In this document: positions 56,366 through 64,000 of the stretch, piece by piece
Position numbering within the stretch: the first letter of the stretch is position 1
How the letters are laid out: every line of letters starts with the position of its first letter
DNA from: Octopus vulgaris
Taxonomy: Eukaryota
Direction of reading: 5' to 3'
NCBI GenBank assembly: GCA_951406725.2
Contig: OX597815.1
Location: 1,736,001 to 1,800,000, forward strand
DNA length: 64,000 nucleotides
Translations under genes and position numbers: made by a program
The notes under the pieces: model-generated
Told to the model about the DNA's origin: nothing
What the model saw: only the letters and a program-made list of their open reading frames with translations
Databases searched by the model: none

Positions 56366-58318
56366 AAAATAATGATAATAATCATCCTTTCTACTATAGG
56401 CACAAGGTCTGAAATTTTGGAGGAGAATAATTTGTGAAAGATCCAGAGAAATGGCTGAAATGGAAAGCCTTGTAGAGCTCCTAGAGAAAGTTTGTCTCTT
56501 TTAGGGAGAGCAAAGACTATGAGGAGGGTTCCAAGCACTTGAAAGAAAGCTGGAAACTTGTGGATAGCCAAGGTTAGAGGTAGTAACCTGCTACTCACAT
56601 GATTCCTGCCAAGAATGAGACCAAACCGAAATAATAAGAAGCATTCTTGACCTGCAGAAAAGTGCCATCTTGTATTCTGTATATGTGAATGTGGTTTGGG
56701 AATCCACTTTGTAAGTTGATAAATCTGGTTTCAATCTCAGTAGCAATGTTGAGTAAATCGTTAAAATTGGAATAGGGGAATGTCATTGATGGGAAACTGT
56801 GTAGAATCCTCGTGTCTGTGTGTCTGTAGATTTCTGGCCTGATTACTAAGGAAGGGAATTGTATAAGATGGCCATAAGTCAGTGATTCTATAAAACTGTC
56901 AATAGCAGACTCGGGACTAAAACTGTTTGAAGTTAGTGCTCCAGCATGGCCACATTCAAATGACTGAAACCAATTAATGAAATTAAAATAACACTGCACC
57001 ATCTTGGCTGATTAACTGAGGAATTGTTTAATCAAAACTGTAGCAATTAAACCATGTCACCAGCCCCCACCACTCTCCACCACCCCTCGCCACCGCCATC
57101 ACCACCACCACCACCGCCCTCTCTCACTGTCTCAGTACTGTTTATTCATAATAAAAGTCTGCTGTCACCCAACTAAGACAGGACAAGTCTTTAACCAATA
57201 GACCTTTACAGCTGACATTTAACTATTGTGATATGACCCTCCTTTGCCACCACCACCACCACCGCCCTGCCCTGTGAGTCAGCCAGATGAGTTGTATAGG
57301 ATCACACACACACACACAGTCATTATATATGTACATACATTATCAGTGTGAATGCTGACAGTGTCTTGTCAGTTAATAAGATGGCCTCTTCAGGGATTGG
57401 GGCAGAAACGATGATAATGATGATGATGATGGCGATGGTTTATTTGTCCTGCAAAGGGACAATGTAGCAACAAAAGGACACCGCCCCACCCTGTTCACAA
57501 GCAAAAACACGAACTCCACCCCCACCGCTAAAGGTGTACATACACACACCTCCCCAGAGAACATTAACATAAACCTAACAGTGCAGTAAAAACTACCCAG
57601 AAAACATTGAAATAATTCTAATGATGATGATGATGATGATGACAGTGATGATGATGTGTGATGACGATGGTGATGATGATGGTGATGATGATGGTGATGA
57701 TGATGCTGGTGACAGCTTTGTTACACATTGTTCCGAAGCCACAAATGCCACTGATTCGATGACCTCAGCAAGGAACCGTAGCAAATGAAGGGCAAAGTTA
57801 AGTAGGGTAGAATTTGAACTCAGAACCCACGTCCACGTGCTTTTAGTTCAGTCATTGTTTCCGATAACAATCCGTTTTATCTTTCACTAGTTTTACTCCA
57901 CAGGCTGCGGCCATGCTGGGGCACCAGCTTGAAGAATTTTTTGTGGCTCGAAATGACTACGGCTCCTTTTTTTTTTTTTTTTTTTTTTAAAGCTTGGGAC
58001 TTAGTCGTTCAGCAAAAGAGACTGATAGAATAAGTTACGGGGGATGGAAACATACTGACAACAGTTGTCAAGTGGTGGTAGGGGACAAACACAACATAAA
58101 GACACACACACACACACATATCATCATCATCATCATTGTTCAGCATCTGTTCTCTATGCTGGCATGGATTGGACGGTTTGACAGGAGCTGGCCAGTTGGG
58201 GAGCTGTCCAGATTCCAATTGTCTGTTGTGGCATGGTTTCTACAGCTCGATGCCCTTCCTAACATGCCAACCACTTTACAGAGTGTGGACTAGGTGCCAT
58301 TTACATGGCACTGGCATG

Positions 58319-58389
<71 letters not shown>

Positions 58390-58452
58390 GTATGTATATA
58401 TATATATGTATGTATATATATATATATATGTATGTATATATATATATATATG

Positions 58453-58869
<417 letters not shown>

Positions 58870-58870
58870 G

Positions 58871-58901
<31 letters not shown>

Positions 58902-59670
58902 TGCTGAGTGGTTGGTGTTAGGAAGGGCATCCAGCTGTAAAAATCCTGCCAAAACAGTAACAGAAGTCTGGTGCAGGCTTATGCCTGGCTGGCTCCTGTC
59001 ACACCATCTCACCCATGCCAGCATGGAAGGCAGACGTTAAGTGATGATGGTGATACACACACACACACACACACGATGGGCTTCGTTTCAGTCTCTATTA
59101 ACCAAAATCCATTCACAAAGCTTGGGTTGGCCTGGGGCTATAGTAGAAGACACACAAAGATGGACAAAATGCTGCCAAGTCCTCTGGTGTGGGACCGATT
59201 CTGCCAGCTGACCACTTGACAATCAATTATCAAATGCTTTCATACAAAGCTGTCATGGGACACACACACCCCCACACACACAACTATATAACAGGCTTCT
59301 TTCTGTTAACCAAATTCCTCACAGACATTGGTTAACCTGGGGTTAGAATAGAAGACACTCACCTAAGGTGGGATTGAACCCAAAGTAATATGCTTGAGAA
59401 GTGAGCTTCTTAAGTGCCCCCACCTCACATCTGTTTTGTGTGTCTTGGTCATTCTGTCTGTGTGTCCCTATTTAAAACAATAATAAGGCTAACGATGGAG
59501 GGAAACCTCAGCTTCCAATAAATAAGCCTGATCATCATCATCGTCGTCATCATTCAGGGTCCGTTGCCCATGGTGGCAGGGGTTGGATGGTTTGACGAAT
59601 ACTTTATTTCGATTGGTAAACTTTAACATCTATTTCTAGATGTATCCACACACATACACATACACATATA

Positions 59671-60087
59671 GGCGCAGGAGTGGCTGTGTAGTAAGTTGCT
59701 TGTTTGCCAACTACATGGTTCCGGGTTCAGTCCCACTGCGTGGTACCTTGGGCAAGTGTCTTCTACTATAGCCTCGAGCTGACCAAAGCCTTGTGAGTGG
59801 ATTTGGTAGACGGAAACTGAAAGAAGCCTGTCGTATATATATATGTATGTATATATATATGTATATATATGTGTGTGTTTGTGTGTCTGTGTTTGTCCCC
59901 CCCAACATCGCTTGACAACCGATGCTGGTATGTTTACATCCCCGTTACTTAGCGGTTTGGCAAAAGAGACCGATAGAATAAGTACTGAGCTTACAAAGAA
60001 TAAGTCCCGGGGTTGATTTGCTTGACTAAAAAAAAGGCGGTGCTCCAGCATGGCCGCAGTCAAATGACTGAAACAAGTAAAAGAGTA
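59671..60087 (+). mobile_element. tRNA-derived SINE family A, full length
   Basis: A-box tggctgtgt(a/g)gt, B-box ggttcagtccc, then ccttgggcaagtgtcttctac; tail caagtaaaagag. Other + copies at about 24484-24640, 51800-51965 and 60860-61235. Confidence 0.8.
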
Positions 60088-60466
60088 TATCACACACACA
60101 CACACACACATATTGTTGTTGGCTGTGTATAAGTTGCACCCAAGATTTTCAGTTAAAAACCAAGTACAAACAAGAGCTGCTTACACACAGAGGAGGAAAT
60201 AAGGTGGGCCCCCACCCCCACGTGTGTGTGTGTGTGTAAAATGATTTAATTTCTAAGTAATTCTTCTGATTAGTTAGAGGCTGAATTAAAGTTGGGGGGA
60301 GGGGGGAGGGAAGCACATGTGGTTGAACCCACCTCCTTTCTCCACCCCCCACACCCTTTCACTATCTTCCCTACCACCGCCACCCCCAATAAAGATAAGA
60401 GACTCAGAAGGAGACCATTCCTCTGTGCAGGTTGTGTGTGTCCTGTGTCTTGGAACTGGTAACCTC

Positions 60467-60523
<57 letters not shown>

Positions 60524-61233
60524 CAGATGAGTCAGGGCAGAAAGTGGAAAGCATTTGCCAGCAATTGTTTCAATGAATAGACTGACGTCACAGCGTCATC
60601 ATCATCATCATCATCATCACAACATGATAATGCCATGACTGCTGGGAGGGGTGGTGGGTAGGTGGGGTTTTGGTAAAGACCTCCGCCAATACCATTAACA
60701 GACATCAAGTCAGTAGCAGCAAATGCTACTCTACAGTTCTACATTCAATTCAGTGGAGTCATAGAGAACTATGTAAAGTGTAGTGTGTGTGTGTGTTTGT
60801 GTGTGTGTGTGTAGTGTGTGTAATTTGTTGCTAACCCCACTCCAATTTATCTTGTTTATGTGGCAGTGTGGTAAGAAGCTTGCTTCCTGACCACATCATT
60901 CCAGTTTCAATCCCAGTGTGTGACACGTTGGGCAAGTGTTTTCTGCTATGGTCTTGGGCTAACCAAAAGCCTTGAGTAGACTCGGTCGACGGAATCTGAA
61001 AGAAGCGTGTTGTATATACATATATGTGTGTGCATGTTTGTGTTTGTCCCCCTACCACTGCTTGACAATAGGTGTTTGTTTGTTTACATCCCCCTAACTT
61101 AGTGGTTTGGCAAAAGTGACTGATAGAATAAGTAACAGGCTTAAAAACAACAGAAGTTCCTGGGTTGATTCATTTGTCTAAAAACTCAAGAAGATGCCCC
61201 AGTATGGTCGCAGTCTAATGACTAAGACAAGAT

Positions 61234-61279
<46 letters not shown>

Positions 61280-61695
61280 GTGTAGCATAAGACCCTGCTG
61301 TGTTTGATACACCCTGAAGGCCCACCTTGAAAGCAGGTGATAATGTTGTCTTTATTGTTTACTGTTTTTATCTTTTTATTTATCATTTTGTTTTTCTTTC
61401 CAGCCCCCACCAGGACTGGGTGTACACTGACTGCTTTTTTGCTCTAGAAATATTTGCGAGCCTGTTAAAAGAGGGGAAGAAGAAGCTTTTTTTCTGCTGC
61501 ATTTTATCTACAGTGACATTACATAACACACATGCACACCACCACCACAACCACAAGTGGTGGGACTTGTTGTCAAGTAGGGATGATGAACAAAACTAGA
61601 AACAATCATCTTTGACTGTCTCCTCCTCTTCCTTTTCCTCCTTCATATTAAGGAATTATTTAAATTTTTATTTATAATTTTTTTTATTATCTTCA

Positions 61696-62088
61696 CTAGC
61701 AGTATCGCCCGGCGTTGCTCGGGTTTGTTTCGACCCTTTAGAATTGGAATTTTTGAAAAGTAAAAGTATTTTGCATTATGTAGCTTGTTATTCTCTTTAA
61801 GTGAACATTTTTCTGGTTGAAATACATCGAAAAATGGTGACACAGCAGTCAAAAAATCGTAAAAAATATGGATTTTCATAGAAAAAAAAGCACCTTTTTG
61901 ATGTAAATAATTTTTGGTGTTAACATGGTCCGATTTGAATTTTTTCTTCTACGGAAGGAAGAGCAAGCCGTCTTCTATCATACTCTCAATTTTGGTCAAC
62001 TTGCGCCGCAGGGTCTTGGAGGTGATAGTGTTAGTTGAAGGCTGCCAAACCTGCCATACACAGACAACTTCAGCTTTATATATATAGA
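61696..62088 (-). mobile_element. Non-autonomous Helitron
   Basis: Minus strand begins A|TCTATATATATAAAG and ends with hairpin cccgagcaacgccggg followed by gctag|T (5' TC, 3' CTAG, A/T target). Confidence 0.75.
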
Positions 62089-62807
62089 TTTATCTCAGTC
62101 ATTTGACTGCGGCCATGCTGGAGCACTGCCTTTTAGTAGGACAAATTGACCCCAGAACGTTTTCTTTGTAAGCCTAATACTTATTCTATTGGTCTCTTTT
62201 GCTGAACCACTAAGTTATGGGGACAAACACAGACACACAAACACACACATATATATGTCGGGCTTCTTTCAGTTTCCGTCTACCAAATCCACTCACAAGG
62301 CTTTGGTTGGCCTGAGGCTATAGTAGAAGACACTTGCCCAAGGTGCCACGCAGTGGGACTGAACCCGGAACCATGTGGTTAGTAAGCAAGCTACTTACCA
62401 CACAGCCACTCCTACATCTAATATATAAAAACAGAAATAATAACATTGACATTTACAGCTGCAAAGTTTATTTTGTCTTAATTAACCACTTCTCGTTAGC
62501 TGGGATGGAAGAAGTGACGTTGATGGGAGTGGTTGTAGTGCTAGTAGTAAAATCAGTGAAGGACCCTTGTAACATGGGGGTCAATAGTATGAGTGGAGGT
62601 GTGTGGCTCAGTGGTTAGGTGTGTTGTACTTATGTTCTAGTGATCAGGGTTTCGATTCCCAGGCTGGGTGGCACATTGTGTTTTTGAGCGAAACACTTCA
62701 TTTCATGTTGGTGCAGTCCACTCAGTTGTAAATGTCCACCCCTGCAACAGACCAATCATGGGCATAGAAAACTATGTAAAGTGTAGTGTGTGTGTGTCTG
62801 TGTTTGT

Positions 62808-62839
<32 letters not shown>

Positions 62840-63643
62840 AATTGCATCTGAAACCCTGGTCGATCACGTGATCAGTGATTAGGCAGGTTTATTTGATAGA
62901 CTGCCCTGCATGACACACCTTCCACCCGGGTACTTCTCCCTGATCAAACCAAGCAACCATTTTTAACACAGCCCCAACAGAGAACTTCTTGGTACAGCAA
63001 GAGATTTAGGGAACAGTTGGAGATTTTAATCTACTTTATCTTTAACTTGTTTCAGACATTAAACTTGAGGTCATGCTGGGGCACCGCCTTGAAGAACTTT
63101 GAGTCTAACAAACCAACCTGAGCACTGACTTTTTTTGATGAACTGCTAAGTTATGGGAGTATAAACAAACCAACACCAGGTTGTCAAGCAGTGGCTAAGG
63201 ACAAACAGAGACACAATCACACACACACAGAACGGGCTTCTTTCAGTTTCCATCTACCAAATCCACTGACAAGGCTTTGGTAGGCTCGAGGTTGTAGTAA
63301 AAAATACTTGCCCTAGGCTGAACTTGGATCCATGTAGAGAAGTAAACTTCTTACTACACAGACACACCTGCATGGCAAGTTATTGAGAATGAATCGAAAG
63401 GTTTTAGGTTCGAAACCCTAAAATTATGTGTTGTAGATTGCAGCGCAAATTTGCGGGAGAAGAGAAAAGGAGAAAATTCTCAAAATCTCTGCTTCGCGGA
63501 GAGGAGAAAGAATGAAGAGAAGGGAGGTAACTCCTATTGACCAGAAAGCAATTTTGTGAACACTCAGAGGCAGAAAAACCAGGCATTCAGCAGCTGTTAT
63601 TACGGGAAACGATATCATATTGATATCTCTCTTATATAAAACA

Positions 63644-64000
63644 CTAGCAGTATCGCCCGGCGTTGCTCGGATTTGTAAGGGAAATAACTATATAAGCATT
63701 TTTAGAGAGATATAGCGAAAAGATAGCAAATAAATGCATTAAAAATGGAAAAAAAATGATGGTAAATTTTTTTAAAAATCGTTGACTCATTGTAGACATT
63801 TTTAGAGAGTTACTTCCCTTATATAATAGCGGAAAAATGCATTAAAATGGAAAAAAAATGATGGTAAATTTTTTTTAAATCGTAGACGCGTGCTAATACC
63901 CAGAAGGGCTCGATATGAATCACGACTATAAGATACCCGGTTTTGGTTAAACTGCACCGCAAAATGTGGGAGTAGTTAGGAATCTAAATCGTAGGAGACA
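63644..64000 (-). mobile_element. Non-autonomous Helitron 3' part (runs off window)
   Basis: Same ctagcagtatcgcccggcgttgctcgg terminus as 61696 but a different body; internal duplication at about 63732-63782 / 63835-63883. Confidence 0.65.

Noticed and set aside
60758-62845. Short local duplication (catag..aactatgtaaagtgtagtgtgtg at about 60760 and 62763)
   Set aside because: Real but short, adjacent to microsatellite, with no indication of function.

Overview
AT-rich, repeat-saturated animal genomic DNA. The SINE, RTE-LINE and microsatellite content is most consistent with an Octopus (coleoid cephalopod) genome; this is inferred from repeat content only. Nearly all of the ORF track is microsatellite or SINE noise. 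One clearly conserved host exon is present: a 261-bp phase-0/phase-0 exon on the minus strand (7876-8136) from the N-terminal regulatory region of a PDE3-type (cGMP-inhibited) phosphodiesterase, so the window is mostly intron of this gene. Upstream of that exon lie several short ATG-initiated minus-strand segments ending in good GT donors in phase 0. They look like a set of alternative first exons: MGSCIQ (possible acylation signal), a PKA-pseudosubstrate-like RRGAL peptide, basic kinase-site peptides and an acidic peptide. The intron also contains several hammerhead-ribozyme motifs (one canonical, one minimal, one apparent G3:C8 core variant) in Penelope-like repeats. Other contents are an RTE LINE whose 3' UTR is a tandem array of putative compact pseudoknots, a stack of four Dong/R4 retroelement tails in (TAA)n, a CR1-like LINE, a DD37D mariner fragment, Helitrons, MITEs and three tRNA-derived SINE families. 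All homology calls are by eye or from memory; no searches were run, and repeat boundaries are approximate.
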